Position numbers and translations under genes: made by a program. Below the pieces are notes generated by a model, which worked only from the letters and a program-made list of their open reading frames with translations, did no database searches and was not told the DNA's origin. From an archaeon (lineage in GTDB: Archaea; Aenigmatarchaeota; Aenigmatarchaeia; Aenigmatarchaeales; JACQIB01), in NCBI GenBank assembly GCA_035291225.1, contig DATDSO010000010.1, positions 82,090-146,089 on the forward strand: a stretch of DNA of 64,000 bases. Reading direction: 5' to 3'. This document shows positions 38,508-48,400 of the stretch, piece after piece. Positions within the stretch are counted from its first letter, which is position 1. Each line of letters opens with the position of its first letter.

Positions 38508-38992
38508 AAAATATTATTTACAATTTTGTCTATGTGTATGACGGGCTTTCCGTTATAATGGCATTCGTAAAAAAGTTTGCTGTCTGAAGTTATAAAAGAA
38601 ATTTGTGGATTGACTTCATTCAGCAAAATTATAGATACATCTGCTACATCAAATCTTAAAATTTCATCTCTCTTTAATATCAAATCCTTTTCAATATATT
38701 GCTCAGTAACGCCGCTCAGCAAAGCAAAATGTTTTTTCATAAATTCAGAAAACATATTTTCTCCTAAAAGTTTCTTCAAGAAGTGGAAAGTTTCTGTCAG
38801 TATTTGCGGCGTTACCATAACCTGCTTTCCTATTAGAAAGCTATAGAGGTAATCAAAATTACTTTTTGTATACTTTCTTTTATCTCCAATTTTACTTATG
38901 CGACCTGCGTCAAAAATGCCTATCAGAAATAATAAAAGAGGTTCTGTATCTACTATTACAGATTCATTTGACTCGTTTGACACTAGAAACAT
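38504..38992 (-). CDS. PIN-domain protein
   Basis: IVDT, ILTET, DVADVS, TSDSKL acidic tetrad. Confidence 0.85.
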   Translation of the reverse strand: MFLVSNESNESVIVDTEPLLLFLIGIFDAGRISKIGDKRKYTKSNFDYLYSFLIGKQVMVTPQILTETFHFLKKLLGENMFSEFMKKHFALLSGVTEQYIEKDLILKRDEILRFDVADVSIILLNEVNPQISFITSDSKLFYECHYNGKPVIHIDKIVNNIF

Positions 38993-39203
38993 CCCCAGTA
39001 ACTTTGTCGATTTCTATCTCATAGGAGGCCAAAACAGAAATAAAAGCATTGGGATAAAATTCGCATTTAACTATCCAAAGTTTTCGGTCGCTATCAATAA
39101 CAACTTCATTTAGATTGAATCCGAAAAGTGTCATTCCCCTTATTTTTTCAAGATAGTTCTTTGCTATTAGAACAGCTTCTTGAGAATTTTTAACTTCAGT
39201 CAT
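38964..39203 (-). CDS. Small protein, PepSY-like; possible PIN partner
   Basis: EAVLIAKNYL...WIV...YEIEIDKVTGDV; overlaps the PIN gene. Confidence 0.65.
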   Translation of the reverse strand: MTEVKNSQEAVLIAKNYLEKIRGMTLFGFNLNEVVIDSDRKLWIVKCEFYPNAFISVLASYEIEIDKVTGDVSSVKRVK

Positions 39204-39269
39204 ACAACCACCACAACTAAGCTATTGGTATGGAACCATATTTATAAAGCTTGAATCCAAAAAGAAAAT

Positions 39270-39749
39270 ATGAAAACTTTTTCAATTTTATTGGTGACGA
39301 TTATTTTAGTAGCTGGGTGCACAGCCAAATCGGGAGAAATAAATTCTCCACACAACACAGAAAAAGAGTCTTCGTCTTCAACTTCTATGGCATTGACTTC
39401 AGAATCGGTAGATGGGGTGTCTTCCACAACTACAACATCTGTAGTTTCAAAGTGCCCTGATTTTTCTGCATTACCTCACGGCTTTGATGAACAGGTTGGA
39501 AGTGTTGTTGTGAATACTCCAAAGAATCAAGAATTCAATGGGTATAAAGTAAAGGGAACATATTCTTCGCCGATAGCTGGCTCTTTTGTGCCATGCAAAA
39601 AGGGAAGTCGAGTTGGAGAAAATTCTAACTACTACTATTGCCGAGATATGATAGTGAACAAAGTAGATGCGAGTGGTAATATCTTAGATGCTAAAAAGAT
39701 GACGGTTGTTTTGGACGCAGACAATGCTTATGTAACAACGTTATGCTAA
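39270..39749 (+). CDS. Lipoprotein
   Basis: Lipobox LVAGC, Ser/Thr linker, 4 further Cys. Confidence 0.75.
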   Translation: MKTFSILLVTIILVAGCTAKSGEINSPHNTEKESSSSTSMALTSESVDGVSSTTTTSVVSKCPDFSALPHGFDEQVGSVVVNTPKNQEFNGYKVKGTYSSPIAGSFVPCKKGSRVGENSNYYYCRDMIVNKVDASGNILDAKKMTVVLDADNAYVTTLC

Positions 39750-40037
39750 TTTACTCAAAAGTCTGTTAGGTCTTTCTGAAATTAGCTTTTTTAGAGTCTC
39801 TCTTTTTCTAAATTCTAAGCTATCGGTGTGATTAACTGAAAGCTTTATTTTATGTATTGATTGATGTTCATAATCTCGCCAATGTTAGCAATTTGAATAT
39901 GGATTCCTCCTCAGCTTTCTTGGTAGTAATTACTGATATTTCGAACTCCACCGATTTATTTATATAAAAACCTTTTCCAATCCCTTTTCGATTTGCTCTA
40001 AAGAATCTTTTAAAAATTCTTCTATGTCATTTACCAT
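39741..40037 (-). pseudogene. Trypco2-like gene with three single-base deletions
   Basis: Reconstructed as MVNDIEEFLKDSLEQIEKG/GKGFYINKSVEFEISVITTKKAE/GIHIQIANIG/DYEHQSIHKIKLSV...; the frame returns to the original after 3 shifts. Confidence 0.6.
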
Positions 40038-40105
40038 TTGAATCTTGTCATACTAGCTTCTCATAGTTTATATTGAAAAACATTTCAACAACTTATGAGA
40101 AATTT

Positions 40106-40316
40106 TGGTGCGGGAGGAGAGAATTTCTTTATATCCAAAAGCAATTTTCCTTTTTGGATAAGCCCTAGCCTTTTTCGAGAAAAAGGCTTGGGTTTGAACT
40201 CTCGTATGGACTAACCAACTAGGCCCTCAACCTAGCACGCTTGCTCAGCGCATCTGCAGATTATCTTATTTTTCTGCATCTGCTCTTCGCTTTTGACCAG
40301 GCTACGCGACTCCCGC
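40106..40316 (-). tRNA. tRNA-Leu(GAG) with two non-canonical introns
   Basis: Acceptor stem GCGGGAG/CTCCCGC, anticodon arm CTAGG-TTGAGGG-CCTAG, long variable arm; introns 40241-40292 (D-arm) and 40123-40192 (T-loop 59/60). Confidence 0.88.
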
Positions 40317-40352
40317 GTGCAATTTAATAAAGGTTTGATATTATTAAATCTT

Positions 40353-40904
40353 ATGAAATCGGTCCATATCACCTACTTTGTCCACGGAACAAGTGTAGAC
40401 AATCAAAAAAATATTTCATCAGGCTGGCACAACACTGAGCTTTCGGAATTGGGCATAAAGCAATCAGTAGAGCTAAAGGAAAAAATCAAAGATAAAAAAT
40501 TTGATGTTGTTTTCTGCTCTGATTTGAAAAGGGCTGCGGATTCTGCAAAATTAACATTCGGAAATTCTGTCAAGATTATTCTGGATAGCAGATTAAGAGA
40601 ATGTAGTTATGGAAAGTTCAACGCCGGGCCTTCAGAAGTTGTTGAGCCTCTGCAAGAAAATCATATCACAAAAAGATTTCCCGGCGGGGAAAGCTATGAG
40701 GATGTTAAGAAAAGAATGGGCGATTTTCTGAATTTTCTGAAGAAAAACTATTGCGGAAAAGAAGTTGCCATTGTTGCGCACAAAGCCCCGCAGCTGGCGT
40801 TGGACGTTTTGCTTAAGGGAAAAACTTGGAAGATAGCTTTCAAGGAAGATTGGAGAAAAAAGAAAGCTTGGCAACCGGGCTGGGAATATGAAGTGAAATG
40901 TTGA
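40353..40904 (+). CDS. Histidine phosphatase family protein
   Basis: VHG (RHG variant), CSDLKRA, RLRE, FPGGES, IVAH. Confidence 0.9.
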   Translation: MKSVHITYFVHGTSVDNQKNISSGWHNTELSELGIKQSVELKEKIKDKKFDVVFCSDLKRAADSAKLTFGNSVKIILDSRLRECSYGKFNAGPSEVVEPLQENHITKRFPGGESYEDVKKRMGDFLNFLKKNYCGKEVAIVAHKAPQLALDVLLKGKTWKIAFKEDWRKKKAWQPGWEYEVKC

Positions 40905-40910
40905 TTTTCT

Positions 40911-42308
40911 ATGCAACCCCAGCTTCAAATCAAGAAAAAACACGTCCGCACAATCAGCGGAGTTGCTCCATTAACAGTTGTGGTTAAACCATGGACTTGC
41001 CCGGGAAAATGCACTTATTGCCCTGAGGCAACTGATGGGACTCCTAAGAGCTATACGGAAAAAAGCGCGCCTGTTATTCGCGGCCGCGAATGCGGCTGGG
41101 ATGCAAAAAAACAAACTGAGGCGCGGCTAAAAATTTTTAATTTAATGGGCCACCCGACTGAAAAAGTTGAAGTGCTTTTGCTCGGCGGGACTTTTCCAGC
41201 TTATCCGCAAAATTATCAGGAGGAATTTGTGAAAGGAATTTTTGACGGGCTGAATGGATTTGCTTCTGAAAATTTACAGCAGGCAAAACTTGCGAATGAA
41301 ACTGCCCAGCACAGATGCGTGGGGCTTTGCATTGAAACTCGGCCAGACTGGTGCGGAAAGGAAATTATAAATAATTTTTTGGACTATGGCTGCACGCGCG
41401 TTGAGCTTGGAGTGCAGGCTTTAGACGAAAAAATAAATTTGCGCACCCAACGCGGGCACGGAATTGCTGAAGTCGCTGGAGCTACAAAAATTTTGAAAGA
41501 TTCTGCCTACAAAGTTTTCTATCATTGGATGGTTGGGCTGCCGGGCTCTACACCTGAAAAAGATTTGGAAATGTTCAAAGAGCTTTGGAAAAATCCAAGC
41601 TTTCGGCCGGACGGATTGAAAATTTATCCAACTCTTGTAATCAAAGAGACAAAATTGGAAAAAGAATTTTTGGCAGGGGAATTTGTTCCGTATACAAACG
41701 AGCAGATTGTTGAAGTTGTTTCAAATCTGAAAACTCTTGTGCCGCGCTACTGCAGGCTCGCGAGAATCATGCGCGCGATTCCCGAGGAGTATATTGTTGG
41801 CGGCTCAAAAAATTCCCATCTGCGGGATGAAATAAAAAATTACATGAGCGCGCGTGGTATGAAGTGCGAATGCCTGCGTTGTCGCGAGGCCGGATTCTTT
41901 TCAAAAGCCGGCGGGGCAGTGGATCTTGAAAATATAAAGTTGAACAGAATTGATTATGAAGCGAACGGTGGGAAAGAAATTTTTTTGGCAATTGATGAAA
42001 TGAAAAATGATCTTATGCTCGCGCTCCTGAGATTGAGAATTCCGAGCGCGCCGTTCAGAAAAGAAATCTCCGCTGGCACTGCGCTTATCAGGGAAATCCA
42101 TACTTTTGGCCAGCAGATTCCAATTGGAACAGAAGGAAATATTCAGCACGCGGGATTCGGGAAAATGCTTTTGGCAGAAGCAGAAAAAATTGCGCTGGAA
42201 GAATTTTCATGCAAAAAAATTCTCGCAATTGCTGGCGTGGGCGCGCGGGAATATTTTCGGAAGTTTGGATATGGGAATGATGGGGCGTATGTGAGCAAAA
42301 ACTTATGA
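40911..42308 (+). CDS. elp3: tRNA uridine(34) acetyltransferase Elp3 (radical SAM + KAT)
   Basis: RTISGVA, CPGKCTYCP, PKSY, IETRPD, ELGVQ, LKIYP, QHAGFG, GAREYF. Confidence 0.96.
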   Translation: MQPQLQIKKKHVRTISGVAPLTVVVKPWTCPGKCTYCPEATDGTPKSYTEKSAPVIRGRECGWDAKKQTEARLKIFNLMGHPTEKVEVLLLGGTFPAYPQNYQEEFVKGIFDGLNGFASENLQQAKLANETAQHRCVGLCIETRPDWCGKEIINNFLDYGCTRVELGVQALDEKINLRTQRGHGIAEVAGATKILKDSAYKVFYHWMVGLPGSTPEKDLEMFKELWKNPSFRPDGLKIYPTLVIKETKLEKEFLAGEFVPYTNEQIVEVVSNLKTLVPRYCRLARIMRAIPEEYIVGGSKNSHLRDEIKNYMSARGMKCECLRCREAGFFSKAGGAVDLENIKLNRIDYEANGGKEIFLAIDEMKNDLMLALLRLRIPSAPFRKEISAGTALIREIHTFGQQIPIGTEGNIQHAGFGKMLLAEAEKIALEEFSCKKILAIAGVGAREYFRKFGYGNDGAYVSKNL

Positions 42309-42310
42309 AA

Positions 42311-43054
42311 TTAAATAGGCAAAAATCTTGCAAGCAGCAAAATCAAAACTAACCCCGCGATTATAGAAAATAAGACAGAGGTTCTCTGCTCTTTGTGCTG
42401 AAGCTCTGGAATCAAATCTGCTGCCGCTACAAAAATAAAAGTTCCTGCGGCAAAGCCCAAGCCAACTGGTATAAGCCAGTCTGCCACTCCGAGAAATAGA
42501 AGCCCTGCAATAATTCCGATTGGTGTGTCAAGAGCTGTGAGCAGAATTGACGCGGAAACTTTTTTTCTGGAAAATCCCGCACCCAAAGAAACAGAAGCTG
42601 CGACAAAAGAATCCGGAATCTGGTGGAGCGCAACTGCAAGCCCGACAATTATTCCAAGCTCTGTGCTTGCCGAAAATCCAAGGGGTATTACAAATCCATC
42701 TATCAAACCATGCACAACCATTCCGCCCATTGCTAAAGTTCCAAATGGCTGAATATGTTTTGAGCCTGCTTTGTGCCCGCCGACATGATTTCCTTTTATC
42801 AAAATATGCTCAATAATAAGTAGAGAAACAAAACCAAGAGCAATTCCAATTCCCGCTGAGGAAATATTTATTTTGTAGGCCTCGGGAATAATGTCAAAAA
42901 TTGAAATTCCCAGCAAAATTCCTGCGGATGCGCCGAGCATCAAGTGCAAATCGCGCTCGCTGATTTTTTTTTTCATGTATGGAAGGAAGAGCATCACTAA
43001 AGGAACAATTCCTGTTATCAGTATCCACGGCAATAGCTCTAATAAATTTACCAT
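42311..43054 (-). CDS. ZIP family metal transporter
   Basis: HGLIDG, ALHQIPD, DLIPE, His-rich loop. Confidence 0.92.
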   Translation of the reverse strand: MVNLLELLPWILITGIVPLVMLFLPYMKKKISERDLHLMLGASAGILLGISIFDIIPEAYKINISSAGIGIALGFVSLLIIEHILIKGNHVGGHKAGSKHIQPFGTLAMGGMVVHGLIDGFVIPLGFSASTELGIIVGLAVALHQIPDSFVAASVSLGAGFSRKKVSASILLTALDTPIGIIAGLLFLGVADWLIPVGLGFAAGTFIFVAAADLIPELQHKEQRTSVLFSIIAGLVLILLLARFLPI

Positions 43055-43107
43055 GCGACAGAATGTTTTTATCCATTTATAAATTTCTTTTCCAAAAGTT
43101 TATTTGC

Positions 43108-43294
43108 GGGCCCGTAGTCTAGTTTGGTAGGATACCAGCTTGGGGATTCCTAAGCTAAAGAGAAGCCGAAATGCTGGCGACCTGTGTTCAAACGGCCTTT
43201 TCTTTCATGGAAAGAAAAGAACCGAGGAAAAGAAAGATATAATCCAAAAAGGCATATCACCTTCAGTCATATGAAAATCACAGCGGGCCCACCA
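43108..43294 (+). tRNA. tRNA-Pro(GGG) with two introns
   Basis: Acceptor stem GGGCCCG/CGGGCCC; 37/38 intron 43146-43171 (BHB TTGG/CCGA) and T-loop intron 43193-43277 (TTCA/TGAA). Confidence 0.9.
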
Positions 43295-43332
43295 TTTGAA
43301 AACTTTATAAATAACCTCAATATTGTTTTTTT

Positions 43333-44304
43333 ATGAAAGATTCGAAATCGGTTTTTTTGATTGGATTGATTTTTATTCTGTTTGTTAGCGGATGTGCGGC
43401 AAAGCTTCCTGCGGGTACAACAACTACAGCAGCTCCCGCAAATGTTACCACAACAACTCTACCCCCAACAACCACAACAATTCCCGGCCCTGAAAAAATT
43501 GCAGATGGGGTCTCAGCGTTTTTGATTTCCAACAGCACTATTTACTATCTTTCTGAAACAGAAGCAAAACTCTATAAGTATGCAAAAGGCTCTCAGCCGA
43601 CTGAACTTGCCTCTGGTATTGGAATAAAAACAAGAAATATTCTGGATGACGGTGATTACCTCTACTTCACTCATGAGGTGGGCGGCGCAGCAAAATTCAG
43701 CAGAGTTCCGAAAGCGGGCGGCCAGCTGGAAGAGAAATTTTCATGCTCTCCGGGAAATCTCGCAAATTTATTCTCGGATGATACATACATCTATGTTCTA
43801 CCAACAACAGGCACGTTTTGCCGACTCTTGAAAACAACGTTCGCCTCAGATGGAAATTTCAGGCTGGGTGTTGCCGGAGCAGGTGAGAATTTAGTTTATG
43901 ATTCAAAAAATGTTTTCTTTCCAGATACTCAGTGGATAAAGAAAGTCCCGCGGATAGGGAAAATCGAAGTGGGCGTTCTGGTAAGCGAAGTTGTGAAATC
44001 TAACTTACTTTTGGATGGAACAAGTATTTACTGGATAAATAAAAACAATGAGCTCTACAAAGTCGGTACAGATGGAAAGGGGAAAGTCCTTATTGCACAG
44101 AAAATCGATTCTAAATATATAGCCCAAGATACAGCATCAATTTACTTTATAGAAAACTCCGATAACTCAATAAAGAAAATAGTAAAAGCCGGCGGTGCTC
44201 CAGTTACATTGGGAAAACTTTCTGGTCCCGCATCAAAAATTGAAGTCGATACTGAAAATATTTATTGGTTGCAAGAAGGAAGCTTGATGAAAAAAAGGAA
44301 ATGA
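43333..44304 (+). CDS. Lipoprotein with beta-propeller repeats (DUF5050-like)
   Basis: Lipobox VSGC; repeated 'DxxxIYW/F...KVxKxGG' blades. Confidence 0.8.
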   Translation: MKDSKSVFLIGLIFILFVSGCAAKLPAGTTTTAAPANVTTTTLPPTTTTIPGPEKIADGVSAFLISNSTIYYLSETEAKLYKYAKGSQPTELASGIGIKTRNILDDGDYLYFTHEVGGAAKFSRVPKAGGQLEEKFSCSPGNLANLFSDDTYIYVLPTTGTFCRLLKTTFASDGNFRLGVAGAGENLVYDSKNVFFPDTQWIKKVPRIGKIEVGVLVSEVVKSNLLLDGTSIYWINKNNELYKVGTDGKGKVLIAQKIDSKYIAQDTASIYFIENSDNSIKKIVKAGGAPVTLGKLSGPASKIEVDTENIYWLQEGSLMKKRK

Positions 44305-44306
44305 AG

Positions 44307-45350
44307 TCATTGAACAACAATTGGAATTCCCTCAAACTTTTTCTCTGACTCAGAAAAAATTTCTTCAGAAATTTTCATTTTTGAAAAATTTTGTTTTGTA
44401 TAAAGTGGCGGCGCGGGAATTTTCTGATTTACCAAAAGCCCAACGCGCGCGTCCTCCTGCGAATCTGCAAATTTATAATCTGGCAAAAATTTTTCAAGCT
44501 CTTTGCAAAAGTCCAAAACTTCTGAAAATGTTGGCATGCGAGTTGTAGGCATCCGCTCGCGCGACTGCCCAATTGCAGACCAACCTTTCACTTCAATAAA
44601 ATGCGGCTTTGCTTTTGATATAAGCTCTGCATATTTTTCTGGAGCTTCCATGTTCAAGTTTTTTACCATTGTGAGCCTGATAACTTTTCTTGTTTCAAGT
44701 CTCGGTAAAATAGAAATCGTGCGCAAAATATTTTTCCACATTATTTTTCCTTGTGTTGGGTGCTGAGTTTTTACGAACATTTCCTCGTTGTTCGCAGAAA
44801 GGGAAACATAAAGTTGTGTCGGCAGCGGATTCATTGTTTCCAATCTTTCAGGATATGTTCCGTTTGTAACAAGAAAAGTTGTCATGCCGTGTGCATGGAA
44901 TTCTTCAATCATGTGCTGCAAATAAGGATAAGTTGTCGGCTCGCCATCCAAACTTATTGCAACATGAGCTGGCTCCATTGCTTCTTTCAAATGTTTTTTT
45001 GAATGCTCAACGCCACCGAGCCCTGTTAAAAGTTTTTTCTGCGCTTCGATTGCCTCCTTTACTAAATCTTTCGGGCTGTCCACTAAATTTTCTTCAGAAT
45101 CTTTGAAATAGCGAAAATCGCGCCAGCAATAACTGCAGCGCAAATTGCAGGTTGTCATTGTTGGAGTAAACTGCACGCAGCGGTGCGAGCGGATACCATA
45201 AAATTTTTGCTTGTAGCAGGTTTTCTCCCCGCCGGTTTTTACAGAAGCTTTTGTGTAGTGGCAGAGCTTTACTGCCGAGTGCTTGTTTTTCCCAATGATT
45301 TTGTAGTTTGCTTTTTGCAGCCTTGCTAATTGTTCGGGTGTGAGTGGCAT
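44307..45350 (-). CDS. taw1: 4-demethylwyosine synthase Taw1/TYW1
   Basis: HSAVKLCHY, CYKQKFYGIRSHRC, CNLRCSYCWR, SLDGEPT, FIEVK. Confidence 0.97.
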   Translation of the reverse strand: MPLTPEQLARLQKANYKIIGKNKHSAVKLCHYTKASVKTGGEKTCYKQKFYGIRSHRCVQFTPTMTTCNLRCSYCWRDFRYFKDSEENLVDSPKDLVKEAIEAQKKLLTGLGGVEHSKKHLKEAMEPAHVAISLDGEPTTYPYLQHMIEEFHAHGMTTFLVTNGTYPERLETMNPLPTQLYVSLSANNEEMFVKTQHPTQGKIMWKNILRTISILPRLETRKVIRLTMVKNLNMEAPEKYAELISKAKPHFIEVKGWSAIGQSRERMPTTRMPTFSEVLDFCKELEKFLPDYKFADSQEDARVGLLVNQKIPAPPLYTKQNFSKMKISEEIFSESEKKFEGIPIVVQ

Positions 45351-45469
45351 ATAATTCAGTTATAATTTTAGAATTCGAAAGTTTATAAAACCTTTATGAA
45401 AATTCCTCACGGAAGTTTTACAAAATTTGTAAAGAATAATATATAAATCCCCTCGAGAGTAATTTTCAC

Positions 45470-48400
45470 ATGGGTTGTAATAAATTATTATTAGCTCTTG
45501 CTGTATTTTCTATTTTAATAATTTCTGTAGCAGCAACTCCAGCGCTTGCCGCAGATCCTGTAACAGATTTTTTTAATTGGCTTTTTGGAGTAACCGGAGC
45601 GCAGACAGGAAATGAAACTCCGGCATCTTCAAGCAGCACAACATCAAGTTCAACCACAACAACTACATCAATACCCAGCTGCGAGGGACCAATACCTTCT
45701 TCAGGATGTACATGTCCCAGTCCGGGCGGACCCGTTTATTATAGCGGCTTTTGTTGTAGCAATACTTATCAGGCCTCTACAGCTTGCGGAACAACTTCAA
45801 CTTATACTACAGCAACTTCCTCCTCTTCATGCCCATCTTCTGTCCTTTCTGTTTTAGGAGAAGGATGCCACTTCATGTACACCGGAAGTGATGGAAGATC
45901 TATTTATTGCAACAGCGGAATGACGCGCTCAATGAAAGAGAGCGACACAGCAGCGAAAGACGGATGCACGTCTGACACAACCACAACAACTTATTCCGGA
46001 ACAACAACCTCCTCTCTTCCTTCCACAAGCACCCCATGCACAATTGGCTCTGCGATAACTTCTCTCTGCAACTGCGGCGGGTATTCTTATAATTCTGGAT
46101 ATTGCTGTTCTTCAACATCGGGTTCAGGAAGCGGATATTTCCAGAGCAATGCCTGCGGGACAACCACAACTTATTACACTTCAACAACTTACTCTTCAAC
46201 ATGCCCTTCCACTGTTCTTTCTGTTTTAGGAACAGGATGCCATCAGATGTATACAGGAAACGATGGTAAAACAATTTACTGCGATAGTGGAATGACGCGC
46301 TCAATGAAAGAAGGAGACACCGCCTCAAAAAGTGGATGCACATCTGAATCAAATGTTTGTAGTTCCTCAAATCCGTGGTATTGCTATGATCAAACTTCTT
46401 GCACAGGAGTCTCTGCAAACTGGTGCAAGAGCAGCAGCACAAGTGGCGGATATTGCTCAACCTCAACATGCCCAACTTGTTCAAAGGACAGCGCATGGAA
46501 TTGTTATGACCAGAGCGGCTGCACAGGAGCTGGCGGAAATTGGTGCCAATCAGGAGGTTCAAGTTATGGATATTGTCAAAATTCTGCATGCCCAACCTGC
46601 AGTTCTTCGAGTCCATGGAATTGTTATGATGAAACTTCTTGCAAAGGAGCAACAGGAAATTGGTGCAAGAGTTCTGCCTCCTCGGGAGGAACTGCTACAT
46701 ACAGCTCTGGCTGGTGTTCTTCAAGTTCATGCCCAACCTGCGCCTCAACTTCAAAATATAATTGTTATACAGAAACAGACTGTAAAGGAGCAACAGGAAT
46801 CTGGTGCGGTTCTCAATCAGGTTCAGGAGGATATTGCGGTGAAGCGGTTTGCCCAACTTATACTTGTTCAAAGAGCGAGCCATGGAACTGTAAAGACCAA
46901 ACAACTTGTTCTGGCGCAGGAGCGAGCTGGTGCTCCGGCTCCGGAGGATATGGATATTGTTCAAGCTCATGCCCAACCTGCGACAAAACTAATCCGTGGA
47001 ATTGTTATACAAAAGAAGCGTGTACTGGCGTGAGTGCGCAATGGTGTTCGGGCTCGGGTGGTTATGGATATTGTTCCAGTTCAACATGTCCAACATGTAG
47101 CTCAACAACAAAATATAATTGTTACGATGAAACTTCCTGTAAAGGCGCAACGGGAAGCTGGTGCATTTCCCAATATGGAGGAAGCGGTTGGTGTCAAGAT
47201 TATTCATGTCCAACTTATACTTGTTCAAAATCAGAACCTTGGAATTGTAGAGATGAAACAACCTGTAAAGGTGCAGGAGCAAGCTGGTGCGGCAGTTGGT
47301 GTCAAACTAGCTCTTGCCCGACTTGTTCAAAATCTCAGATATGGAACTGCAACACAAAAGAAACTTGTACAGGAACAGGAGCAAACTGGTGCACAAGTCA
47401 AAATATAGCTTATGCTACGGCAGCGGGTGGAGCAGCAGCATCATCGCCACCGTCGTCTGGTTGGTGTCAAGAATCTTCCTGCCCAACTTACGCTTGTTCG
47501 AAAACAGAACCTTGGTATTGTTATGACCAGAATTCTTGCTCAGGAGCAGGAGCGAGTTGGTGCACTGGTTATGGCGGAGCAGGAGGTTATTGCCAAAGCG
47601 GATCCTGCCCAACTTATACATGCTCTTCTTCAAATCCATGGAATTGTTTCAAAGAAGAAGAATGCAAAGGAGCAGGAGCGCGGTGGTGTGTGACAACATC
47701 ATATGGAACTACCTTAAATGGGTGGTGCTCAAATTCCTGCCCAACTTGCAGCTCAACACAAAAGTATAATTGTTTTGATAAAACTTCCTGCGCGGGCAGC
47801 GATGGATACTGGTGCGGTACAGAATCAACAGGATGGTGCGCTGACCAAAAATGCGCCACTTGCAGTACAACCCAGCCATGGAACTGTTATGATAAAGAAA
47901 CATGCACAGGGGCAAGCGGAAGTTGGTGCACAAATCAATACAGCACTTATGGATCAACCGCAGTTGTTTCATCCGGCTGGTGCCAATCTAATGATTGCCC
48001 AACATGTTCAAAATCCCAGCCATGGAATTGTTTTATTGAAACAGACTGCAAAACAAACGGAGGCAACTGGTGCGGCACGTGGTGTCAAGACAGCTCATAC
48101 CAATGCCCATCAACAAAGGGCTACAATGTAGAGGAGAAAAAAGAAAATTTCATAAAACCTGAAAATTGCAAAGAGCAAAAAGATTCTAATACAGGTTACA
48201 CTAATTATGTTTGTGAAAAGAAGACTGAAGAAAAATGTCCAGAGCTTTCGGTAGATGTAAAAGAGAAATGCGAATCAAATAGTGGAAAGCTTACGATAAA
48301 GAAAGATAGGCGTGGCTGCGAATTTACAGACTGCAGATTCAAAGAAGAGTTTAATCCAGACAAGAAATTTATTTTAAAGAAATTTGACCGCTGCCCAACA

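Noticed and set aside
40293..40352. N-terminal extension of the histidine phosphatase
   Set aside because: It overlaps tRNA-Leu; the ATG at 40353 is the plausible start
45612..48131. Long alternative-frame and antisense ORFs within the Cys-rich gene
   Set aside because: They are shadows of repetitive codon usage and have no independent motifs
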